Shown here: positions 9,751 through 18,316 of the stretch, in pieces
How the letters are laid out: every line of letters begins with the position of its first letter
Numbering within the stretch: the stretch's first letter is position 1
Assembly (NCBI GenBank): GCA_964523575.1
Contig: CAZGAV010000011.1
Coordinates: forward strand, 2,294 to 66,293
Reading direction: 5' to 3'
Origin: an uncultured Ignavibacteriales bacterium
Lineage (GTDB): Bacteria; Zixibacteria; MSB-5A5; GN15; JAAZOE01
Length of the DNA: 64,000 nucleotides
The notes under the pieces: model-generated
The model's input: only the letters and a program-made list of their open reading frames with translations
Database searches by the model: none
What the model was told of the DNA's origin: nothing
Made by a program: the position numbers and the translations under genes

Positions 9751-10308
9751 ATGGATAACATTCAAGCCGAAGATATCATGATCGCTCTGGACAGCTACCC
9801 CCATGTTCCCTATTGGTTTTCGCTTCGTCAGGCGATCGTCGAAATGGAAAAGGCTCAGCTTGAAGTTGACGGCCGCAAATCTCTGCCCCGGGTGGTGCTG
9901 GTGTTCGATGAACAGTACCGGCTGATGGGCATAGTCAGGCGGCGCGATATTCTCCGCGGTCTGGGGCCCAATGCCATGCAGGAATCCAAAGAACGGGCCG
10001 GCGAAACCGATCCTCGAATCAAGCGCGATCTGCGCGCTCCCGATGCCGCCGGGCGGGCCAGCATCGAGGATATCCGCAGGCGGGCCGAGCGCCCCGTCAA
10101 CGAGGTCATGACTCCGATTCGGGTGACCCTGGCCAGCGATACACCATTGATGGATGTGGCCAACACCATGGTCGTCCATAACGTCAGCATCATCCCCATT
10201 CTAAAAGACGGCGCCGTCGTGGGCGTGGTGCGTTCGACCGATGTTCTGCATCGAATCGATAAAGAAATCATGAGGGATTCGACGGCTAAGACCGATACAT
10301 CTGAATAG
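9751..10308 (+). CDS. CBS-pair domain protein (paralog 1 of 3)
   Basis: 185 aa. It aligns by eye over its full length with the ORFs at 54817 and 55449. It carries CBS-type beta-alpha-beta motifs and ends ...IPILKDGAVVGVVRSTDVL. Confidence 0.85.
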   Translation: MDNIQAEDIMIALDSYPHVPYWFSLRQAIVEMEKAQLEVDGRKSLPRVVLVFDEQYRLMGIVRRRDILRGLGPNAMQESKERAGETDPRIKRDLRAPDAAGRASIEDIRRRAERPVNEVMTPIRVTLASDTPLMDVANTMVVHNVSIIPILKDGAVVGVVRSTDVLHRIDKEIMRDSTAKTDTSE

Positions 10309-10420
10309 AGACGGATGGCGGTTGAAGAGAAATTTTTCGATATGAGCGGCTTCGATTAAGGCTGCGCGGCGGGAGAATCAGTCGGCCGTGAGACTGAAAC
10401 TGTCACAACGGGGTAATTGA

Positions 10421-12634
10421 GTGGCTTCAAAAAAGATCCTGCGGATATTTCCCTTTCTGGGCTGGTTTGAGAAATACACCGTCGATAAACTGCGATCGGA
10501 CCTGATTTCCGGCCTCACCGTCGCTCTGGTGCTGGTGCCGCAGTCGATGGCTTATGCGCAGCTGGCGGGCTTACCGGCTTATTACGGTCTTTACGCCGCT
10601 TTCCTGCCTCCGATGGTGGCCGCCCTGTTCGGGTCCAGCCGCCAACTGGCCACCGGCCCGGTGGCGATCGTCTCCCTGATGACGGCGACGGCTCTGGAAC
10701 CGCTAGCCACGGCCGGCAGTGACATGTACATCGTATACGCCATTCTGCTGGCTTTGCTGGTCGGGCTGTTCCAATTAATGCTGGGCGTCCTCCGGCTGGG
10801 ACTGGTCGTCAATTTCCTTTCGCATCCGGTCGTCAACGGATTCACCAATGCCGCCGCCTTGATTATCGCCACTTCGCAATTATCCAAATTGTTCGGCGTC
10901 AACGTCGACAGCGCCGCCCATCACTATGAAACCGTTTACAATGTCATTAAGGCGGCATTTCAATATACTCACTGGCCGACTCTGGCGCTGGCGGCGCTGG
11001 CCTTTGCCATTATGATAATTTTACGGTACGTAAATCGCCGTATCCCCAACGTCCTGGCGGCGGTGGTCATCACCACCGTGATTTCATGGCTGACCGGTTT
11101 CGAACACAATTACAAGGCCGATCTCAGCCAGATAAAGTCGGAGATTTTTCATAGCCTGGTGCTGGTTTTCGATTCGGCCTGTGAGGGCCTGGCCGACAAA
11201 TCCGAGACCCGGGTGACGCTTCGAGACCAGTACAGCGCCACCGTCGATAATCAGGGACGGGATTCGTTTGATGCCATCCAGCTTTTATATAAATTACACA
11301 TCATCGACAGCGAAATCGAACGCCTCAAGGAGCAGTTGCGCGAATATCGTTCTGAAATGCGAGACTACTTCTTCAAGGCCGCCAATGTCGGCGGCGACAG
11401 TCTTGTTTTTTACGTGGCTGAAGAATTTCCCCCCGGGCTTCAGGCCTCCGGCGATCTATGGCGAATGAAAATCGGCAACAACCCCCTTAATCCCGCCGCG
11501 CTGACGATGACCGGCGGCGGCGCCGTGGTCGGAAATATTCCCAGCGGCCTGCCGTCCCTGAAAATACCGGGCTTTCCGGTTTCCACGGCGGTCGGTTTGA
11601 TTCCGATGGCGATGATTATCTCCCTCCTGGGTTTCATGGAAGCGATCTCCATCGCCAAAGCGATGGCGGCAAAAACCGGCCAGCGTCTCGACCCTAATCA
11701 GGAACTGGTCGGTCAGGGTCTGGCCAATATTGTCGGATCTTTCGGGCAAAGTTACGCCGTTTCCGGCTCGTTTTCGCGTTCGGCCGTCAACCTTCAGGCC
11801 GGCGGGGCCACCGGTTTATCGAGTGTTTTCAGCAGTCTGGTCGTGGCCGCGACTCTGCTGTTTTTCACGCCCCTGCTGTATCATTTGCCGCAATCGGTAC
11901 TGGCCGCTATCATCATGATGGCGGTGGTCGGTTTGCTGAACGTAAAGACTTTCATCCATTCCTGGCGGGCTCAGAAATACGACGGTATCATCGGTATCAT
12001 CAGCTTCCTTTTCACGCTCGCTTTCGCGCCTGATCTCGACCGCGGCATCATCATCGGTATCGGGCTGTCGCTTCTGCTGTATCTTCTGCGCAACATGAAA
12101 CCGGCTATCACGATGCTCTCTCTGCACCCCGACGGCACTTATCGGAGCCGGACTCGCTTCGGTCTTGATCAATGTCGCCATATCGCCGTCATCCGCTACT
12201 CCGGCTCGATTTTCTTCGCCAATGTCAGTTATCTCGAGGATCAGGTGCTGGAAACGGCGCGGTCGATGCCGGAACTGAAACATGTCCTCATCGTCGGCAA
12301 CGGCATCAATGAACTCGACGCCTCCGGCGAGGAAACCCTGGCCAGCCTCGTCGGCCGACTGCACGAGCAGGGCCTTGAGGTCTCCATGAGCGGTATCAAC
12401 GATGCCGTTCTGGACGCCATGAGACGCACGGGACTACTGGCTAAAATCGGCGAGGAAAATATTTACCGCAACGCCACCCGGGCCATCGAAAGTATCTGGG
12501 GGGCGGCCCATGAAAAATCTGATGAAATCGAATGTCCTCTTCGGATCATCCCCCTGAAGCATTTCCCGGTGGCCGATTCGGTCAAGGTCAGCCCGGCTAT
12601 CAGACCCGATCATCCCGATAATCGCCGCCGGTGA
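10421..12634 (+). CDS. SulP-family anion transporter with C-terminal STAS domain and a large internal insertion
   Basis: The N-terminus LRSDLISGLTVALVLVPQSMAYAQLAGLP is typical of SulP/SLC26. There is a STAS-like C-terminus (VIRYSGSIFFANVSYLED...). At 737 aa it appears longer than the SulP proteins I know (about 500-600 aa). Confidence 0.9.
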   Translation: MASKKILRIFPFLGWFEKYTVDKLRSDLISGLTVALVLVPQSMAYAQLAGLPAYYGLYAAFLPPMVAALFGSSRQLATGPVAIVSLMTATALEPLATAGSDMYIVYAILLALLVGLFQLMLGVLRLGLVVNFLSHPVVNGFTNAAALIIATSQLSKLFGVNVDSAAHHYETVYNVIKAAFQYTHWPTLALAALAFAIMIILRYVNRRIPNVLAAVVITTVISWLTGFEHNYKADLSQIKSEIFHSLVLVFDSACEGLADKSETRVTLRDQYSATVDNQGRDSFDAIQLLYKLHIIDSEIERLKEQLREYRSEMRDYFFKAANVGGDSLVFYVAEEFPPGLQASGDLWRMKIGNNPLNPAALTMTGGGAVVGNIPSGLPSLKIPGFPVSTAVGLIPMAMIISLLGFMEAISIAKAMAAKTGQRLDPNQELVGQGLANIVGSFGQSYAVSGSFSRSAVNLQAGGATGLSSVFSSLVVAATLLFFTPLLYHLPQSVLAAIIMMAVVGLLNVKTFIHSWRAQKYDGIIGIISFLFTLAFAPDLDRGIIIGIGLSLLLYLLRNMKPAITMLSLHPDGTYRSRTRFGLDQCRHIAVIRYSGSIFFANVSYLEDQVLETARSMPELKHVLIVGNGINELDASGEETLASLVGRLHEQGLEVSMSGINDAVLDAMRRTGLLAKIGEENIYRNATRAIESIWGAAHEKSDEIECPLRIIPLKHFPVADSVKVSPAIRPDHPDNRRR

Positions 12635-12818
12635 GAAGAGCTTGCCGGAGGCGTTTTATTGATGGGGATTGACGGCGCCGGTCTGCCATGATGCGACCCA
12701 ACCGACCCCATGTCGAATGCATTCGAGATTCGCCCAACGACCGAGGCGTTGTCCCGGCTGACTGAATCGATATATAATAATACAGACCGGAATCAAATCC
12801 CGGCCTGAGATCGAAATT

Positions 12819-13235
12819 TCAGTGAACGGTTTCCTGACTGCTTAATTCGTGGCTTTCATGGTGCGCTCCCGACAATGAATGCACTTCCATATCAGGCAGA
12901 AGCGTTTCCCAGGTCCCGAACGGTTCATCCGTGATCGACACGCACGCGTCGGCCATCCAGGTCCTGAAATCTCTCCAGTAATCGGCGCGATCGGTCGCCA
13001 GCACAATTCGAATCTCGGGCCAGACTTTCCGCAAATTCACCAGGGCCTCAAACCAGGCGTCATCCTCGGAACTCAAATGGATGACCGCCACATCGAATGA
13101 CCGCCGCGATAAGTTGTTGACCGTGCTCAGGGTGAAATCGGTTTCGAGATAGACGTCGCTTTCGCCATCCATGAATTTGTGCTCACACTGCTCCAGAAAG
13201 TCCTCATCCCTCGACAATATGATCACCTGTCTCAT
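12819..13235 (-). CDS. Hypothetical receiver-like (pseudo-receiver) protein
   Basis: I prefer the internal ATG, which is preceded by GGGAGG-N8. The track ORF extends to 13349. The layout is receiver-like (VIILSRDED, VAVIHLSSED, RIVLAT), but His sits where the phospho-acceptor Asp is expected. Confidence 0.5.
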   Translation of the reverse strand: MRQVIILSRDEDFLEQCEHKFMDGESDVYLETDFTLSTVNNLSRRSFDVAVIHLSSEDDAWFEALVNLRKVWPEIRIVLATDRADYWRDFRTWMADACVSITDEPFGTWETLLPDMEVHSLSGAHHESHELSSQETVH

Positions 13236-13367
13236 TTCGTTCGCCTCCCATCCGTACCCGGCCGGCGCCGGGCCTTCAGAAAATTTATCCCGGGGCGGAT
13301 CATCCTCTCCAGCGTCCGCCCCGGATTTATATAAAATCCAAACCGCCAATGATTATGATACTCCCCT

Positions 13368-14078
13368 TCAACTGGCCACATAGTCTTCCTCAGCCAGAGC
13401 GATAACACGGTTGAGATGATTCATGGCATCCCGAACGGAGGCCTCATCCATCACGATCCCGCCCGCGAGTTTCTGCGAGGTATCGAGAAGGTTCTTGATG
13501 AGGACCTTAGATTCGGGGTCCAGAAGGTGTTGCAACCAGATCTGGGCGTATTCGGCGTTTCGAGTTGCCGCCATCAATTGCCGGCCGGCGTTTAAATAAT
13601 CCTTTTTATCGAAATAATCCCGGGCCAGATCCCGATGATAGCGGGATAGGGCCAGTTGGGTGTGAGCCAGAACCTTGTCAAAATCGTCGGGGGCGATTAG
13701 AAATCCTCGCTGAAGACTGTCGGCCATGCCGACCATTTCCCGCGTCGCCGCCTGAAGATCCATTTTGGCTTCACCCTGAGCCAGGTCCGTCTCCTCGATC
13801 ATTATCTCGACGGCTTTCTGGACGCCGCCTATGGCCGAAACCGTATCATCAGCCCGGTAGGCCTCATGGGCCCGAACCGCGTGGGTCCAGGGATCGAGTT
13901 CATCGTAAACCCACAGGTCTTCGCCGATTATGCTATCGGTGGGCACGACAGTGGTGTCGCTTTCGGCGATGGCCGAAGCCGCCCCGGCCTCATTCTTGGG
14001 CTGGCTGTGACTGCAGGACAGAACCAGCATCGGCGGGGCGATCAGGAAGATAGCCGGGATCAGGAATTTCTTTAACAT
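13368..14078 (-). CDS. Hypothetical lipoprotein
   Basis: Signal peptide with lipobox LVLSC. The remainder is helical and acidic. Downstream of htrA on the same strand. Confidence 0.65.
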   Translation of the reverse strand: MLKKFLIPAIFLIAPPMLVLSCSHSQPKNEAGAASAIAESDTTVVPTDSIIGEDLWVYDELDPWTHAVRAHEAYRADDTVSAIGGVQKAVEIMIEETDLAQGEAKMDLQAATREMVGMADSLQRGFLIAPDDFDKVLAHTQLALSRYHRDLARDYFDKKDYLNAGRQLMAATRNAEYAQIWLQHLLDPESKVLIKNLLDTSQKLAGGIVMDEASVRDAMNHLNRVIALAEEDYVAS

Positions 14079-14146
14079 TTCTTTTGTCTCCTCTATGACG
14101 AAACCTTTAGACCGTGACGTCTTTGCTATCCCTCAGGGTTTGACCG

Positions 14147-15628
14147 TTACGGCTGAAAGGCCAGAAACAGGCTGTGTCCGTTGCGATAAACGCGAAGCAG
14201 AATCGTGTCACCCTTCTTCATCATGGAAATTTCATTGGTAAATCCATCCACCGAGTCGATTTTTCTTCTGTTGACGGCGGTGATGACGTCGCCTTCGCGC
14301 AAACCGGCGGCGTAGGCGTTACTGCCCTGATCGATATCGGTGACCGCTACGCCCTGGGTATCGTCGGCGAGACCATAATACTTCCGAATGTCGGGAGTTA
14401 TGTCCTTGACCGCGAATCCGAGACCTTCCATCATACTGTTCGGGTTGGCGGCGATCAACTGGTTATCCGAAGCCTCGGCCAGCTTGACCTTGATGTCTTC
14501 CTGCTTGCCATTGCGCATGATACTGAGATCGACGACAGTGCCGGGGCTCGTGGATGCGACCCGGTTGCGTAAATCGGAGGAATTGTTGATATCGAAACCG
14601 TCCATTTTCTGGATGATGTCGCCCGCCTGCACGCCGGCTTTATCGGCCGGGCCATCATGGACGACTTCGCTGACCAGGGCGCCGTTGGTTTTCTTAATAC
14701 CCATGGCGTTCGCGATCGATTCGTTGATATCCTGAATTGCCACGCCCAGCCAGCCGCGGACGACCTTACCCTGCTTGATCAGGGAATTCATGACATGAGT
14801 CGCCATATTGACCGGGATGGCGAAGCCCAGGCCCTGCGAACCGCCGCTCTGACTGACAATCGCGGTATTGATACCGATCAGCCGGCCGTCCATATTCACC
14901 AGCGGACCGCCGGAATTACCGGGGTTGATGGCCGCATCGGTTTGAATAAAATCTTCGTAATCGGCCAGGCCGACATTGGATCGGCCGGTGGCGCTGATGA
15001 TGCCCTGGGTAACGGTATAAGCCAGATTTTCACTCATGGGACTGCCGATGGCCAGAACCAGTTCGCCGACGTTCAGGCTGTCGCTGTTGCCCATGGATAT
15101 GCTGGGATAATCGTCGCCGTCTATTTTAAGCACGGCAATGTCGGTTTTGGTGTCGGCGCCGACTACTTTGACGGGATGCTTGTTGCCGTCGAAAGTCCGA
15201 ACATAAATACTGTCGGCGCCGTCAATCACATGAGCGTTGGTCAATATATATCCATCACTGCTGGTAATAACTCCGCTCCCCAGCCCGTATTGATGAAATT
15301 GGCGTTGCTGCGGCTGTTGCTGTTGACCGCCATGCGGATTTTGAAAAAAGTCAAAAATTGACCCGAAATCGTAGGCGTTGGCGGGCATAGTCAATGTTTT
15401 TTCCGTGGAAACCGTGACAACGGTTGGTTTGATAGCCGCTGCAATATCTATCAGGGCCTGATTGAAATCATGCAAATTGGCGATAGGTCTGTTTTCAGCC
15501 GGGACCACGTGCGTGGGGCGGGCCACTGCGGCCAACTCAATGACAAGAAAGAGACTCAGAGCGACTCCGATACCTAAAACCAAATATCTTATGCGGTGCG
15601 AATTGCCGGAATTTTTTTTCGTCTTCAT
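14147..15628 (-). CDS. htrA: HtrA/DegP-family periplasmic serine endoprotease with two PDZ domains
   Basis: Catalytic motifs TNAHV and GNSGGPL, an N-terminal membrane anchor, and two PDZ-like segments. 493 aa. Confidence 0.95.
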   Translation of the reverse strand: MKTKKNSGNSHRIRYLVLGIGVALSLFLVIELAAVARPTHVVPAENRPIANLHDFNQALIDIAAAIKPTVVTVSTEKTLTMPANAYDFGSIFDFFQNPHGGQQQQPQQRQFHQYGLGSGVITSSDGYILTNAHVIDGADSIYVRTFDGNKHPVKVVGADTKTDIAVLKIDGDDYPSISMGNSDSLNVGELVLAIGSPMSENLAYTVTQGIISATGRSNVGLADYEDFIQTDAAINPGNSGGPLVNMDGRLIGINTAIVSQSGGSQGLGFAIPVNMATHVMNSLIKQGKVVRGWLGVAIQDINESIANAMGIKKTNGALVSEVVHDGPADKAGVQAGDIIQKMDGFDINNSSDLRNRVASTSPGTVVDLSIMRNGKQEDIKVKLAEASDNQLIAANPNSMMEGLGFAVKDITPDIRKYYGLADDTQGVAVTDIDQGSNAYAAGLREGDVITAVNRRKIDSVDGFTNEISMMKKGDTILLRVYRNGHSLFLAFQP

Positions 15629-15733
15629 GACCTATTTCCCCATTTATGAGCGACGGCGTCCGGCTGAGTGAGCGAATCACCACACCGTTCGCCCGACTCA
15701 ACCGTTGTCGCTGTCGCAGTTTTCCCTTACCCT

Positions 15734-15749
15734 TGCAATGTCCGTGCCA
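15734..15749 (-). promoter_or_regulatory. Sigma-54 (-24/-12) promoter upstream of htrA
   Basis: The minus strand reads TGGCACGGACATTGCA, an exact match to TGGCACG-N4-TTGCW. It lies about 105 nt upstream of the htrA start codon, in a 239-nt intergenic gap. Confidence 0.7.
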
Positions 15750-15867
15750 AGATTGAATCGCATGATAATCAACCACTTATGAGATGCGTCTCGGTGGCAT
15801 TTCGCCTCAACGGGGCATCTTGCCACACCCGATGTAAACGATTGAATGAAGATCAAAAAGGGAAGTT

Positions 15868-17190
15868 TTAGGCTTCGGTATCGCGAGGCCGGATAGTATG
15901 CGAGACTCGAATTTCCCGCCGGGTAATAAGCCGGTAGAGGCCTTCAATCAGGAACGAGAGTGCGATCATGGCCACCAGCACCCAGATGCGGACCGGCTGT
16001 GTCGTCATTGTATGCCAGATAAGAGCCGCCAGGGCCAGACCGCAGGCGAGTGCACCGGCGATCGAGATCCAGGGGCGGCTCCCGGTCTGGCGATGAAGAT
16101 GAAAGTTGGCCAGATTGACGGCCGCAAAAATTATCAGGAATCCGGCGCTTCCCATCATCGAAATACTCGACAGGTCGAACACATTGGCTACTATAAGGGT
16201 AATGCCGGCCGTTATTAACAAACCTTCGGCCGGGCGATTCCAGACTTTTTTCTCGAGGATGGGCGGCAGTTCCCCATCACGGGCGATGGTATAGCTGAGG
16301 CGCGCCGCGCCATACAGAGTGGCATTGATAGCCGAAGCCGTCGAAAGCAGAGCGGCAACGGCGATAAGAATAAAACCAAATTCGCCCATAAAAGGCCGGG
16401 CCGCTTCGGCCAGGGCGTAATCCTGAGCCTTGACGATCTGAGGGACGGACAGATTGCCTACCGCCACCCCGGCGACCAAAACATAGAGAATGATGACAAA
16501 AATGACGGCCGAGAAATAGGCTTTGGGCAAAGTCCGCTTCGGTCGCTCGACGTCATGCGCTGTGTTGGCGATCAATTCAAACCCTTCATAAGCCAGAAAA
16601 ATAATCATCCCCCCGGCGACCAGGTTCAAAGGCGGTGACCAGGCGGCGGGCGCCAGACGGCCCCATTCGATCGTCACGAAGCCCAGACCGGCAAAGAGCA
16701 GGAGAATCGACAGCTTGACCGCGACGATCAGGAGTTCGGCGCGGCCGATGGCCTGCGTATTGAGCATATTTAATCCGGTAATGGCGACGATACTGAAACT
16801 GATCAGCAGATGACGAAAAAGAGGTTGCAGATGAGCCGGAAACAGGGCCGCACCATAACTTCCGAAGGCGAAAGAATACAGGGACAACATGACGATGTAA
16901 GAAAGCCAGAGGAGAATATTGAGTCCGCCGGTGAACAACCCGGCCCCGAAGGCTCGATCAAGAAAGGTGACTGTCCCTCCCTGACTGGGGAAGGCGATGG
17001 ACATTTTGGTGTAGGAGTATGCGGTCAGAAGAGCCACCAGTCCGGCCACCAGAAAAGCGACTGGAGAACCTCCGCGGGCGACCAGAACCGCCATCCCGAG
17101 AACCGCGAAAATTCCCCCGCCAACCATGCCGCCGACACCGATGGCTGCTGTCTCCCAGTAACCCAGTTTTTTTCCGGCGGCATTCTTCAT
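15868..17190 (-). CDS. APC-superfamily amino acid/polyamine permease
   Basis: 440 aa with about 12 TM segments. N-terminal Gly-rich motif AIGVGGMVGGGIFAVLG. Confidence 0.9.
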   Translation of the reverse strand: MKNAAGKKLGYWETAAIGVGGMVGGGIFAVLGMAVLVARGGSPVAFLVAGLVALLTAYSYTKMSIAFPSQGGTVTFLDRAFGAGLFTGGLNILLWLSYIVMLSLYSFAFGSYGAALFPAHLQPLFRHLLISFSIVAITGLNMLNTQAIGRAELLIVAVKLSILLLFAGLGFVTIEWGRLAPAAWSPPLNLVAGGMIIFLAYEGFELIANTAHDVERPKRTLPKAYFSAVIFVIILYVLVAGVAVGNLSVPQIVKAQDYALAEAARPFMGEFGFILIAVAALLSTASAINATLYGAARLSYTIARDGELPPILEKKVWNRPAEGLLITAGITLIVANVFDLSSISMMGSAGFLIIFAAVNLANFHLHRQTGSRPWISIAGALACGLALAALIWHTMTTQPVRIWVLVAMIALSFLIEGLYRLITRREIRVSHTIRPRDTEA

Positions 17191-17251
17191 CTAAGTCTGT
17201 ATCCCTTTACTGGACCGGGGACGTCGTGCGATCTCGCAGACCGGTCATTAG

Positions 17252-18097
17252 TTAGCCCGCTTTGCGTCTTACGTTCATTTCCGCCGCTTCAAGATATTTC
17301 TTTATCTTGCCTTCCGCAATGTCGAAAAGAAGTGTCAGATCAGTCTTGAGACCGGCGGATGGGGCGTCATCATGGTTGTCGCTGGTTATCACGAAGACTT
17401 TTCCCGGCAGCGTCAGTATCAGGCGTGAATAATAGAGCTCGGATCCGTCGGTCGTAATATGGTTCTCGATTATCACCCGGCAGAAGATGATCTTCTGGTT
17501 GAGCCGGGTAAGCTTCTCGGCCTCTTTGAATATATGTTCTTCGATATACATCAATCGCGGACTGTTGCGGAAAATAACATCGAGCGGAAAACCATGTCTC
17601 TGGGAAATAACCTTGGCTGTAGCCTTTTTCGCGGCTTTGGCAGAGACGTTGCTTTCCAGAATCTGGGCCACGATTTCCTGAAAGACATCGAGATCGAACG
17701 GTTTGTCCAGCATCGCCGCCACTCCCAGACTTTCCGCCTCGGCATGGGTTTTGGCGTCGCCGAAAGCGGTTATGAGCATTATGGGCGGGAAACCGCTGTT
17801 ATCATGGACAAAATCAAGTATCTCCATTCCGGTAAAACCGGGCATACGAATATCGGAAACAATAAGATCGAAACTTGCCGATTGCTCTTCATCAGTAAAA
17901 GACCCGAAGTGCTGTAATAATTCCACGCCGTTGGTGCATTCTTCGACTCGATATCCTTCTTTCGCCAGGACACGAATCAATAGCGATCTCATTTCATCAT
18001 CATCCTCAGCCAGAAGAATGGCGTATGGCTTTTCTTTTCTGCTCCGGCGCGCGGCCGAGCCATAATCGCGATTCTGCTGAGATTTCGAAGTGGCCAT
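17252..18097 (-). CDS. Response-regulator receiver fused to an HPF/RaiA-like (ribosome hibernation factor fold) domain
   Basis: REC motifs: LLAEDDDE, LIVSDIRMPGFTGME, LITAFGD, LDKP. The C-terminal ~110 aa follow the HPF/YfiA beta-alpha-beta-beta-beta-alpha pattern (LDVIFRN..IEEHIFKEAEKLTRL..IIFCRVIIEN..YYSRLILTLPGKVFVITSDN..LLFDIAEGKIKKYLE). Confidence 0.75.
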   Translation of the reverse strand: MATSKSQQNRDYGSAARRSRKEKPYAILLAEDDDEMRSLLIRVLAKEGYRVEECTNGVELLQHFGSFTDEEQSASFDLIVSDIRMPGFTGMEILDFVHDNSGFPPIMLITAFGDAKTHAEAESLGVAAMLDKPFDLDVFQEIVAQILESNVSAKAAKKATAKVISQRHGFPLDVIFRNSPRLMYIEEHIFKEAEKLTRLNQKIIFCRVIIENHITTDGSELYYSRLILTLPGKVFVITSDNHDDAPSAGLKTDLTLLFDIAEGKIKKYLEAAEMNVRRKAG

Positions 18098-18152
18098 GAC
18101 CTTTCTCCTCTAAGCAAGTGGTGGATGATTATTATTTTCTGATCATGATAAA

Positions 18153-18168
18153 AGCAAATAATGTGCCC
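18153..18168 (-). promoter_or_regulatory. Sigma-54 (-24/-12) promoter upstream of the REC-HPF gene
   Basis: The minus strand reads GGGCACATTATTTGCT with correct GG-N10-GC spacing. It lies about 55 nt upstream of the start codon at 18097. Confidence 0.65.
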
Positions 18169-18316
18169 GTATAAATCAATTGCCGCACAACGACTTAAAT
18201 GCAGACGGAATGTGTTATTCTTCCCCATTGGGGCGAATTGCCTCAAATGACGGGCAACAAAACCAATCTACGATAAATGCAGGAGATAGCCGAAATGCCG
18301 AGAAATCACCCGGCTT

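Noticed and set aside
15796-15804. The 9-mer CGAAATGCC occurs upstream of two sigma-54 promoters (15796-15804 in reverse orientation, 18291-18299). AAATGC(A/C)G-like motifs recur at 18207-18300. These were considered as candidate activator binding sites.
   Set aside because: A single shared 9-mer in opposite orientations within ~150-bp windows is not clearly beyond chance. I could not find it at the divergent promoter pair. Statistical motif discovery with orthologous sequences is needed.
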